Shown one piece after another: positions 1 to 8,106 of a stretch of DNA of 40,734 nucleotides. The stretch is from a virus. Taxonomy: Duplodnaviria; Caudoviricetes. The stretch lies in IMG/VR virus record IMGVR_UViG_3300034032_000015, positions 1-40,734 of that record. One strand, written 5' to 3'. The first letter of the stretch is position 1; every line of letters begins with the position of its first letter. The translations under genes and the position numbers were made by a program. The notes beneath the pieces were generated by a model, which was not told the origin of the DNA, made no database searches, and saw only the letters and a program-made list of their open reading frames with translations.

Positions 1-94
1 AACACAGCGATGAACACACGCCTGTAGACCAATGGGATTATGCAATCCAATGTTTCGAACGTGACTTCGCTAAATCTGATGCAGAGGAAAAGAA

Positions 95-382
95 ATGAAA
101 TACGTCGTAATGCAAGTGACCTCTAAAGATGGTCAAACGATGAGAATACCTTTCATCTTTCCTGAAATTGTTGTGCACCAGCTGGCAGCAGCAGTCTTCG
201 TGCCATTACTGCAAGAGCACTTCAAGAACTCCGAAGTTAAACCGCTCAGCGCGGGCTTTCTGTCTTGCATGGATATTGAGCCAGAGTGTCATGGTGAGTC
301 TGAAAGCTTGGGTTTGGAAAGTCTTGGTGAGTTGGACGACGAACTGATCGCTGGTTGCGATTACGGGAGCATGCATGCTTAA
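95..382 (+). CDS. hypothetical protein (95 aa)
   Basis: ORF with upstream GAGGA; overlaps the start of the next gene; no recognised motif. Confidence 0.7.
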   Translation: MKYVVMQVTSKDGQTMRIPFIFPEIVVHQLAAAVFVPLLQEHFKNSEVKPLSAGFLSCMDIEPECHGESESLGLESLGELDDELIAGCDYGSMHA

Positions 383-1331
383 GTCACTTAAATTCGTCCA
401 GGGTTCAGTCGCTAAGAAAGACTTCCTGCCTGCACTTACCCACTTCGTTATTGAATTCGGCAAGGTGCGCGGGTTCAACGGAGTGCTAGCGCTGTGCAGC
501 CCTATCCCGTTTGACATTGCATGCCGTCCTAAAGCGGACGACCTTATTAAAGCGATCGCTGTGTGTGACGACACCATTCAGCTCAACATGACCGCTAACG
601 GGCGTCTGCTGGTAAAATCGGGCAAGTTCAAAATGCACGTCAACTGCGTGATGGAAGAGTCACCGCATCCCCTTCCTGAAGGGCAGTTTATCCAGTTTGA
701 CGGTGTAGCTTTGCTTGCTGGTCTAAAAGCTGTTGAACCGTTTATCGGTAGCGATGCGTCGCGTCGTTGGGCCAATGGTGTTCTACTCCGCGACGGTAGC
801 CTGTTCGCAACCAACAACGTCATGCTTGTGCAATATTGGGTTGGCACAGTGTTCCCAAGTGTGGTCAACATCCCAGCAGTCGCTGTTAAAGAAATGATTC
901 GTATTAATGAGCCCCCACTCTACGCGCAGCTTGCTGAAGGCAGTATTACCTTCCACTACGAAGGCGATCGTTGGTTACGCACTCAACTCTACGATACCGA
1001 TTCCTGGCCAAATCTGGCTAAAGTATTGGATCGTCCCTCGGTGCAGCAACCTATTGAGGAAGGTTTCTTTGAAGCGCTGGACGTAATTAAACCTTTCGTA
1101 GGCAAGCTGGGTACGGTGATTTTCCGCGAGGGTCAGTTGACCACACATACGGAGGACAGCGAAGGTGCCCAATTCGACATAGCTGACTTTATTGCAGAGG
1201 GTCGGTATAACATTGCACACCTTGAATTGCTCAAGGGTAGTGCTAAAACTATCGACTGGACGGGTTATCCCGGTCCCTGCATGTTCCAAAACGGCATGCT
1301 GCGCGGTGCAATTATTGGAGTACGAGCATGA
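375..1331 (+). CDS. DNA polymerase III beta-subunit-like sliding clamp
   Basis: 318 aa; N-terminus LKSLKFVQGSVAKKDFLPALTHF resembles the DnaN N-terminus; central SRRWANGVLLRDGSLFATNN resembles the DnaN R..LNGV..ATD segment; lies just upstream of PolB. Confidence 0.75.
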   Translation: MLKSLKFVQGSVAKKDFLPALTHFVIEFGKVRGFNGVLALCSPIPFDIACRPKADDLIKAIAVCDDTIQLNMTANGRLLVKSGKFKMHVNCVMEESPHPLPEGQFIQFDGVALLAGLKAVEPFIGSDASRRWANGVLLRDGSLFATNNVMLVQYWVGTVFPSVVNIPAVAVKEMIRINEPPLYAQLAEGSITFHYEGDRWLRTQLYDTDSWPNLAKVLDRPSVQQPIEEGFFEALDVIKPFVGKLGTVIFREGQLTTHTEDSEGAQFDIADFIAEGRYNIAHLELLKGSAKTIDWTGYPGPCMFQNGMLRGAIIGVRA

Positions 1332-1492
1332 TGATGGTTCGCGAACTTACTGAGCAAGAAATCTTTGATGCTGCTGCAACTTGTAAGTTGCAATATTACG
1401 ATTGGGGTTGGGAATTAGAATTTGCTAAAGCCCTGTTTGAAGCTGCACGCGTTCAACAAACACAAGAAAGGGAACCAAATGTTCATTCCTAA
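1328..1492 (+). CDS. small hypothetical protein (54 aa, MMMVRELTEQEIFD...)
   Basis: Read by hand; ATGA overlap with the clamp stop; fills the operon gap. Confidence 0.55.
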   Translation: MMMVRELTEQEIFDAAATCKLQYYDWGWELEFAKALFEAARVQQTQEREPNVHS

Positions 1493-1673
1493 AGAAATAA
1501 TGGCAGAACAACATGCACGCCTCAAGCAAGGTACAACTGTCGGCTTTCATGGACAGAACCTTGTCGTGACCCAACGCGGTTTGATTTCAGTCGCTGAGCT
1601 TAATCAGCATCCATATGGGAATTATTATTCTAATCCCAATGCCACCTACGGTAAATCAGGGAGTTCCACATGA
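1479..1673 (+). CDS. hypothetical protein (64 aa, MFIPKEIM...)
   Basis: ATG at 1479 preceded by AAAGGGA; ATGA overlap with the next gene. Confidence 0.55.
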   Translation: MFIPKEIMAEQHARLKQGTTVGFHGQNLVVTQRGLISVAELNQHPYGNYYSNPNATYGKSGSST

Positions 1674-2023
1674 GCGGTTACTCACGAATTCTCGTCTGTG
1701 GCGGACGCAGCTTTGACGACGAGCAACATTTCCAGAATGTAATGGACGCAGTTAAGCCGTTCTTTGCTGAAAAATTTTGTATCATCCATGGTGGTGCAAA
1801 TGGTGCTGATAAAATGGCTGGTCGCTGGGCAATGCTCCAGGGTTTGCCCATGATGGTAATACCTGCTAACTGGACGTTTTATCAGCTTGGCGCGGGTACG
1901 CTTCGCAATACCTGGATGCTCGATTGGGGTCTACCTGATTGCGTCATTGCTCTGCCTGGTAATAAAGGAACTGCAAACATGGTCAAGCAAGCTCTTGCGC
2001 GCAAGATTATGGTATTCAAGTAA
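1670..2023 (+). CDS. DUF2493 / YspA-like SLOG family protein
   Basis: Motifs RILVCGGR, IIHGGANGAD, AGTLRNTWML, ALPGNKGTANMV are typical of DUF2493/SLOG. Confidence 0.8.
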   Translation: MSGYSRILVCGGRSFDDEQHFQNVMDAVKPFFAEKFCIIHGGANGADKMAGRWAMLQGLPMMVIPANWTFYQLGAGTLRNTWMLDWGLPDCVIALPGNKGTANMVKQALARKIMVFK

Positions 2024-2076
2024 TAGCTTTCAACTATCCTTGACCCGGGATTAATAGGGTACTTATCGGAGTAGCA

Positions 2077-4212
2077 ATGAGCAAAAGAAAAGATGCAATT
2101 GGTTTGTTCTGGCAGGACGAAGCAAAGGTTAAACCGCCTAAAAAAGAAAAAATAAAGCGGGACATCCCTGAGCGGTTTTGGGAGCAACCTGATTACCTGC
2201 CGGGTTTAGAAGCAGCTAAGCGCTGGATACCTAATCTGTTTACAGATATGGAACTCTACATGGCTTCTAAAAATAAAGAGAAACTTCTTTTTGACATTGA
2301 GGTCTACCCGAACTATTGCTTGTTCATGTTTAAGTCCATCGTGAGCGGCAAGATTGTTTATTTTGAATGCGACCATTTGGACGTGTTTGATGACAATCAC
2401 GTCTACACACTGAACATCCCGAAACTTACTTGGGTACTTCACAACTTCACCCTCATCAACTTTAATGGTCGCAAGTACGACTTCCCTGTGACCACACTTG
2501 CTGTGGCTGGCTATGGTGCGAAACAAATGTGGGACGCAACCTGCATGCTGATTGTTGAGCAATGCCAGGCGCAAGAGGTCTATAAGAAGTATAAAGTTGT
2601 GAAATTTAACATGTACCCGAAGGCTGACCTCAACGGTGAAATGTTACCAATGGTGGACCAGATTGACCTTATTGAGTTGACAGCGCTTGGGCCGGGTTTG
2701 AAAGTTTGTGCTGGCCGTCTGCACGCACCACGTTTACAGGATCTCCCGTTTAAGCCAGGTACTTGGCTCACAGAAGAGCAGATTATCATCTTGCGTTACT
2801 ATTGCGTCAACGACTTGGACAATACTCACCTACTTTTTAAGAACGTATTGCCGCAAATCGAGATTCGCGAATCGCAAGGTAAGAAGTACCGCATCGACCT
2901 CCGCTCCCATTCGGATGCACAAATGGCAGAAGCAATTATCACTGCTGAGATCAAACGCATCACCGGCAAGAAGCATTTGGGTCGCACCAAACTTAAGCCT
3001 GGGACCAAGTACAACTTTGTCGCTCCCAAGTTTATTAAGTTCCACACACCCATGATGAACCAGATGCTGAATCTGTTTGAAACAGCAGTGTTTCACGTAG
3101 ACCATTATACGGGTTCTGTTATCATGCCTCCTGAGCTTGACAAGCGGGTTATCAGCATTGCAGAGGGCAAATACCAGATTGGTATTGGTGGACTGCACAG
3201 CCAGGAAAAATGCATTGGCCACGTAGCAGACGACGAGTATGAAATTATCGATACCGACGCTGACTCCTACTACCCTAAGCTGATTCTTAATGCAGGTCTG
3301 ACACCTGACAATCTAGGTAAAGACTTCCTGCTCGTGTACAATGGCATTGTCGTTGAACGCTTGAGTGCTAAGAAGGCAAAGGACATCATTGTTGCAGAGT
3401 GCTTGAAGATTGTGGTCAACGGCACCTTCGGTAAGCTCGGAAGTATGTGGTCAATTGTATACGCTCCAAACTTAATGATCCAGGTAACCATTACCGGTCA
3501 GCTGTCCATCTTCATGTTGGTGGAACGCTTTGAGCTTTCAGGTATCCAAGTTATCTCCGTCAACACCGACGGTATTGTTGTCAAGTGTAAACGTAGCATG
3601 CGAGATATCTTTAACAACATTGTTGACCAATGGCGTAAAGAGACAGGGTTCACAACAGAAGAAACTTGCTACAAAGCTGTCTACAGCAAGGATATCAACA
3701 ATTACATTGCTGTCTATCAAGTTCCGCAAAAAGGCAGCTTGTTTAAACTAAAAGGCGCATATGGGCCAACGGCACCGAAAAAGAATGCTATCAATGAGAT
3801 ATGCGTCGACGCAGTTAAAGCGTTCATTGAGCACGGAACTCCTCCCGCAACCACAGTATATGCCTGCAGAGATATTCGAAGATTTACTTCGATGCGGAAT
3901 GTTAACGGAGGGGCTGTACATCTCGCTAGCAAGACTTATCTCGGAAAAGTTATCCGCTGGTACTACGCAACCGGTGAGCAAACAGAGATTGTGATCGCTA
4001 AGTCTGGCAACCTTGTTGCGCGAACCAAAGGTGCCAAACCTCTAATGGATTTACCTGAGCAATTTCCGGACGACGTTGACTACGAATGGTATGTCACCGA
4101 AACTTATAAGATGCTTAAAGAAATCGGTTATAATGTACCTATTACAAACGACGCAGCGGAAGAGGAAGAAGATGATGAAGAACTTGAGCCCGAGCTTGAA
4201 GGCTCTGATTGA
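2077..4212 (+). CDS. family B DNA polymerase with 3'-5' exonuclease
   Basis: ExoI FDIEVY, ExoII NFNGRKYD, ExoIII YCVND; polymerase motif A DADSYYP, motif B KIVVNGTFGK, motif C NTDG. Confidence 0.93.
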   Translation: MSKRKDAIGLFWQDEAKVKPPKKEKIKRDIPERFWEQPDYLPGLEAAKRWIPNLFTDMELYMASKNKEKLLFDIEVYPNYCLFMFKSIVSGKIVYFECDHLDVFDDNHVYTLNIPKLTWVLHNFTLINFNGRKYDFPVTTLAVAGYGAKQMWDATCMLIVEQCQAQEVYKKYKVVKFNMYPKADLNGEMLPMVDQIDLIELTALGPGLKVCAGRLHAPRLQDLPFKPGTWLTEEQIIILRYYCVNDLDNTHLLFKNVLPQIEIRESQGKKYRIDLRSHSDAQMAEAIITAEIKRITGKKHLGRTKLKPGTKYNFVAPKFIKFHTPMMNQMLNLFETAVFHVDHYTGSVIMPPELDKRVISIAEGKYQIGIGGLHSQEKCIGHVADDEYEIIDTDADSYYPKLILNAGLTPDNLGKDFLLVYNGIVVERLSAKKAKDIIVAECLKIVVNGTFGKLGSMWSIVYAPNLMIQVTITGQLSIFMLVERFELSGIQVISVNTDGIVVKCKRSMRDIFNNIVDQWRKETGFTTEETCYKAVYSKDINNYIAVYQVPQKGSLFKLKGAYGPTAPKKNAINEICVDAVKAFIEHGTPPATTVYACRDIRRFTSMRNVNGGAVHLASKTYLGKVIRWYYATGEQTEIVIAKSGNLVARTKGAKPLMDLPEQFPDDVDYEWYVTETYKMLKEIGYNVPITNDAAEEEEDDEELEPELEGSD

Positions 4213-4402
4213 TAAGCACCCAACCTTGGATTACAAGGAATGTTACCTAGATGAGAACGATCATGTTGTCGTTGTCTTTTACTCGATTGTAAAAGACTGC
4301 TACGGTTACGAGTCGTTCGAAGAATTCTTTGTCACAGATTTGCAAGGTACTCAATTGCGTCTAGAAGATCATGAGTACGAGCAGTTGAAGAAGTGTGTTT
4401 AA
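4172..4402 (+). CDS. hypothetical protein (76 aa, MMKNLSPSLK...)
   Basis: ATG at 4172 preceded by GAGGA, inside the 3' end of PolB; last gene of the + operon. Confidence 0.55.
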   Translation: MMKNLSPSLKALIDKHPTLDYKECYLDENDHVVVVFYSIVKDCYGYESFEEFFVTDLQGTQLRLEDHEYEQLKKCV

Positions 4403-4484
4403 ACGCGCTGTGCGCTGCGCTAGCTGGTGCAGGTACTAAGTGCGGGGTAAAGGGCAAACACAGCTTGCCGCACCCTTGCCGTGT

Positions 4485-4973
4485 TTATTTAGCGGGTTGT
4501 GCTACCGGCCAGGCGTCGCTTAGGGTTTTGCTGTCGCTTGCGTGTCGGTCAGCTGTTTCTGCCATTGCTCGATACTTTGTTTGGCAGTCGTCGAATACAG
4601 TTGTGAGGGTTGTGACTGAGTTGGCAAGGGCTTCGACGGAAGCTCCACTTGAACTGCGGCGGATATGGGCGAGCGTGTCGCGCAAGCCGTTAGAAGCAGC
4701 AGCACCGCTGGCAGCAACATCGCGTATCGTTTGTTCACGTTCGTTTCCTTTTGCTTGAGCGTCCGTTACTAGCGCACGCAATTCAGCTTCTCGCACTTTG
4801 GCAGCTTCTTTAGCTTCCACCAGTTTCTCTTTGTACTCTCCGACTGCCTTGTCGTATCCTTTTTGTTGCTGACCCTCAAGGAACGAATGGATGCCCCATA
4901 CTCCGCCGAGTGCAATAGCTCCGATCACAACGATCTCAATCAGGAGCTTGTAGGGGGAGAATAGGGCAAGCAT
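4485..4973 (-). CDS. Rz-like inner-membrane spanin
   Basis: N-terminal TM segment (LLIEIVVIGAIALGGVWGI), then a long Ala/Glu/Lys coiled-coil region with a C-terminal Cys; last gene of the lysis cassette. Confidence 0.85.
   Translation of the reverse strand: MLALFSPYKLLIEIVVIGAIALGGVWGIHSFLEGQQQKGYDKAVGEYKEKLVEAKEAAKVREAELRALVTDAQAKGNEREQTIRDVAASGAAASNGLRDTLAHIRRSSSGASVEALANSVTTLTTVFDDCQTKYRAMAETADRHASDSKTLSDAWPVAQPAK
4520..4738 (-). CDS. Rz1-like outer-membrane lipoprotein spanin embedded in Rz
   Basis: GTG start with AAGGA SD; basic N-terminus, hydrophobic core and lipobox LLTA-C; Pro-rich mature part; alternate frame wholly inside Rz. Confidence 0.82.
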   Translation of the reverse strand: MNKRYAMLLPAVLLLLTACATRSPISAAVQVELPSKPLPTQSQPSQLYSTTAKQSIEQWQKQLTDTQATAKP

Positions 4974-5203
4974 TATTTATTCGCCAAGTCTTTGGTGGTC
5001 TTGAAACGCAGAAGCGTATTGACCACAATCATGACGATTGCTAGGTCGTGGTATGCGTCTGGTGGCAGCAGTTCTTGCAGCTTTGGCACTTCGTCTTTGA
5101 AGATCTCGTAAAACGAAATCAGCAGAGCCATCATGCCGTTAAACCACACTGTCAGGGACCGACCTGCTCCCAAGATGCGGTCCATCGTGATCAAGGTTTT
5201 CAT
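4973..5203 (-). CDS. small two-TM membrane protein (holin/antiholin-like)
   Basis: 76 aa with two hydrophobic segments and a basic C-terminus (LLRFKTTKDL); sits between endolysin and spanin. Confidence 0.65.
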   Translation of the reverse strand: MKTLITMDRILGAGRSLTVWFNGMMALLISFYEIFKDEVPKLQELLPPDAYHDLAIVMIVVNTLLRFKTTKDLANK

Positions 5204-5616
5204 CCTATTTTCCTTCCGCTTTTAAGATCAGCAATTGTCAAACCATCTGTGAACTGGCAATGGGCGGTTTCGCGGAAGCTTACCCAACGACCTGCCCATT
5301 CCAAACCAACCGACTCAGCAATGATACCGCAGCGCAGATACAAAGCGCTGTCGTTCCATTGTGGCACACCTTTCAACAACGGGACGAAGTCAAAAGCACA
5401 GCGCCAATTGTGGTAAGACGACCCAGGCGCAGCGTTCGTAACCTTGGGTCCGGGTTTTGTGCGACCCTTGGCATACTCTGCTGCCTGTGCTTCGTGGTCG
5501 CGGTAGGTGCTGTAGATCAGCACGTCAATCCCCTGGCTCTTACACTTGGCGACAAACTGCTGCGCCATGAGTGTTACTTTGGGATGTAAGTCAGAGAGTA
5601 GGCGGCTGTTGATCAT
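5200..5616 (-). CDS. endolysin, peptidase M15C (L-Ala-D-Glu peptidase, CwlK-like)
   Basis: TYR...Q..EYAKGRT, VTNA..GSSYHNW..AFD, LEWAGRW...ETAHCQ: SxH(x6)D...H zinc ligands. Confidence 0.92.
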   Translation of the reverse strand: MINSRLLSDLHPKVTLMAQQFVAKCKSQGIDVLIYSTYRDHEAQAAEYAKGRTKPGPKVTNAAPGSSYHNWRCAFDFVPLLKGVPQWNDSALYLRCGIIAESVGLEWAGRWVSFRETAHCQFTDGLTIADLKSGRKIG

Positions 5617-6043
5617 GATGAGTGGTTTCTTGAATAATAAGGGAGACTGGAGCTGGAGGTACAGCTTTGGGGAAACGTGATTCGAAGAACAGCTCCAGGT
5701 TAGCGATGGCTCGGCTACCCATGTGGCCGGAGATACCGACCATTGCTGCGGTGGCGAGTGCAGAGATACCGCTCCACTCGCAAAGATAGAAGGTCATTAC
5801 GCCAGCGAAGGCTGAGGTGGCGCACTCACCTACGAACTCTGCTACGTTAAAAGCACGACTGTGTCCCGCCTTATACTTTCGGATAAATGCCACTGCTCCG
5901 CCAGCTGCTGACAGTCCGACAACCCACATGTAAGTAGTCAACGCGTATGTTTCGGGTGACTTCTCAACTAATGCTTTAAGTTGATCTGGCATGGTTTGAT
6001 CCTTAGGTTTTGGTGGTGACCAGCCCATATCGGTTTGTTTCAT
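5591..6043 (-). CDS. holin (LydA-like)
   Basis: Hydrophobic segments plus GECATSAFAGV and AMVGISGHMGSRAI typical of LydA-type holins; immediately upstream of the endolysin. Start is 6043 (SD GGGAGG) or 5992 (SD AAGGA). Confidence 0.8.
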   Translation of the reverse strand: MKQTDMGWSPPKPKDQTMPDQLKALVEKSPETYALTTYMWVVGLSAAGGAVAFIRKYKAGHSRAFNVAEFVGECATSAFAGVMTFYLCEWSGISALATAAMVGISGHMGSRAIANLELFFESRFPKAVPPAPVSLIIQETTHHDQQPPTL

Positions 6044-6091
6044 AACGTCCTCCCGTAGAAAAACTTTACGACCGTAAGGCCTAGCAACGCA

Positions 6092-6120
6092 ATTATACCC
6101 GGGCCCCATTGGTAAAGCAA
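6092..6120 (-). promoter_or_regulatory. sigma70-type promoter for the lysis cassette
   Basis: TTGCTT(6120-6115)-17 bp-TATAAT(6097-6092) on the - strand. Confidence 0.75.
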
Positions 6121-6155
6121 TTCAAATTACCTCTCCGCAACATCCTCCTTTTTGA

Positions 6156-6995
6156 TTAAACTTCCAAAAGTTCAATCTGTGCGTTATAAGTGTCCATGAA
6201 CTCCAGAACCATCTCGCTTGTTTCTGAAAGCTTCCAGATGCCTTCGTAGTCACGTTCCATCTTGGGTAAAGCGTCCGCTGGAAAAAAGCTAGCAAACATC
6301 GGCCAACCTTTACCGTTAGCACGCATCATCTCAACTAGTTGAACGCGGTCAACTTCGCGCATCTTGCTAATGTTGAACTTCAGCTTGCGTTTGCGAGTCC
6401 CGATCGTAGACACAAGGTCACTCGCAGCAGTAGTCTTGTGAGTCGTTTCGTCCATGTATGTCAGACTGACGCCGTAGTCCATATTAATGGCAGGTGACCA
6501 GTAAGTTCCGATCCAAATACTGGAAGCTTCAACAGCAGCTTGCAGATTGTTTGTATCGACAATGTTAATGCGAACCAGCTTACCGGAGCAGTTCGGCAAG
6601 TAGACGCGCACAGCATGCCCGCCACCATAAGCATAAGCGCTGGCAGACTGCGCTGCCGTTTTACCCCGTACCAAAATAGCGGGTGCTGGCCCTGCTGCGA
6701 ACGCTGCCTGAGTATAGTTCGGTGTCGCATCACCCGCAAGCGTATAGACGCGTACTTGAACAGTTACAGTTGGCGAGTAATTGCAAACTGGAATACTGAT
6801 AAAGTTGAACGTTTCAGTGTTAGTGAATGTCAGGTCGTATTGTACACTTGTTCCTGTGCTACGATGCACCAATGCTTTATAATTCTTTTGAAGGTTGGCA
6901 GCGGCGTAAGCGTTAGTAGCACTTGCAGCAGTCAGTGATGCAACAATGCTAGCACGTGGCAGGATGTTTTCAAGCGAGATGCGAAGATTTGGCAT
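6156..6995 (-). CDS. minor tail protein (possibly distal-tail-like with a beta-sandwich domain)
   Basis: 279 aa, beta-rich, at the end of the tail module; function inferred from synteny only. Confidence 0.5.
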   Translation of the reverse strand: MPNLRISLENILPRASIVASLTAASATNAYAAANLQKNYKALVHRSTGTSVQYDLTFTNTETFNFISIPVCNYSPTVTVQVRVYTLAGDATPNYTQAAFAAGPAPAILVRGKTAAQSASAYAYGGGHAVRVYLPNCSGKLVRINIVDTNNLQAAVEASSIWIGTYWSPAINMDYGVSLTYMDETTHKTTAASDLVSTIGTRKRKLKFNISKMREVDRVQLVEMMRANGKGWPMFASFFPADALPKMERDYEGIWKLSETSEMVLEFMDTYNAQIELLEV

Positions 6996-7004
6996 AGCGT
7001 TCTC

Positions 7005-7499
7005 TTATTTCGGACGACGAATTTTAAACTTCAAAGGTGTGCACTGGGCAAGCTCACCCGGAGAAAGGATGCGGGTATGTTCCGGCCAACCAGCAGTTTC
7101 CCATATGGCCACAACATAGCCTGAGCATACAAGGATATTGCGCCAGTGGACAAACGCTTTAATACGGAACCAGTTCAACAGACCAATGGCGATAAACGCG
7201 CTGTAACCATACTGCACCGGATAGCTCAGCCACTTACGAATTGCGCCATTGACATCTCGCAGGTTTTGTGGGCATTCGTAGACGTCAAAGTCCTGCAATT
7301 GGATAATGGGGATCAAATGGTTCCGACCGCCATTAAGTTCAGCCATAAACAACTCATTACCCATCCAGAAGGCAACGCCGCTGTGCGTGTATTCGCTACG
7401 CGTAAAGAACTGAGTGAGCTTGCCCATAATGCTGTGGGCAACAGGTACGGAAATCAAATCTCCAGACTGAATCAATGGCGCATATTCATCGTAGTTCAT
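7005..7499 (-). CDS. permuted papain-like (YiiX/YaeF-type NlpC/P60) protein
   Basis: IQSGDLI...SEYTHSGV...YGY...VCSGYV...LSPGEL, with catalytic His before Cys; ATG 7499 overlaps the upstream TGA. Confidence 0.75.
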   Translation of the reverse strand: MNYDEYAPLIQSGDLISVPVAHSIMGKLTQFFTRSEYTHSGVAFWMGNELFMAELNGGRNHLIPIIQLQDFDVYECPQNLRDVNGAIRKWLSYPVQYGYSAFIAIGLLNWFRIKAFVHWRNILVCSGYVVAIWETAGWPEHTRILSPGELAQCTPLKFKIRRPK

Positions 7500-8104
7500 T
7501 GTACCCCCTGCATGGCCGCAGCCAGAGTTGCGAAAAATATAGAAGCAATTTGGTTCACTTGCACAATGGTAGTAGCACGTTCGCAAGCCTTTTTAGCATG
7601 CAGACGCAAGTCACGAATGTAGTCGAGTGCCCCTAGCCAGCGCGCTGCCGCTGCAAGAATATCTTCAGCCGATTGACGGTCGGTCCACCCGCAAGCGCTT
7701 GCCCACGAGCGCACACAACTTCCTGCCTGCCCGGTAAAGCCTGCGTCCCGGTATGCCTCTGCCTGGAGCTGTGCCCGCGTGTACTCTGTTACGCGCACGG
7801 GGTCGCCTACAACCTTTGCCCTTGCCAAATCTGCCGCTGCGTCAATCTTAAGAATGGTTGATGTTTTAAGGTCGGTTAGCGGATCGGGAGCGGTCTCGAC
7901 CCATTGAAATTCGCCGTCAATGCGATGCAGGAAAGACGTACTGCTAACATCAGGAGTACGAACAATTGCTTCTGGTATGGTAACTACCGAGTCGAATTCA
8001 TCGATGACCGTAAGAGGTGTTGGGGGGCCAACACCGTCCTCCGGGTCAGCAACCCTCAGCTGAACAACAACTGCTCCGTCTTTAATACATGCATAGATAG
8101 TCAT
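7496..8104 (-). CDS. tail fibre assembly/chaperone-like protein
   Basis: Follows the fibre gene; helical C-terminal half (IDAAAD..R...EY...EAEAYRDAG...AEDILA.A..W...L..IR.LRL.AK) typical of fibre-associated proteins. Confidence 0.6.
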   Translation of the reverse strand: MTIYACIKDGAVVVQLRVADPEDGVGPPTPLTVIDEFDSVVTIPEAIVRTPDVSSTSFLHRIDGEFQWVETAPDPLTDLKTSTILKIDAAADLARAKVVGDPVRVTEYTRAQLQAEAYRDAGFTGQAGSCVRSWASACGWTDRQSAEDILAAAARWLGALDYIRDLRLHAKKACERATTIVQVNQIASIFFATLAAAMQGVQ

Positions 8105-8106
8105 AA

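Noticed and set aside
4399-4411. 13-bp match TTAAACGCGCTGT with 32049-32061 as a stand-alone repeat family
   Set aside because: 13-mer matches are expected by chance in 40 kb; kept only as supporting detail because both copies lie in GA/TC-poor islands.
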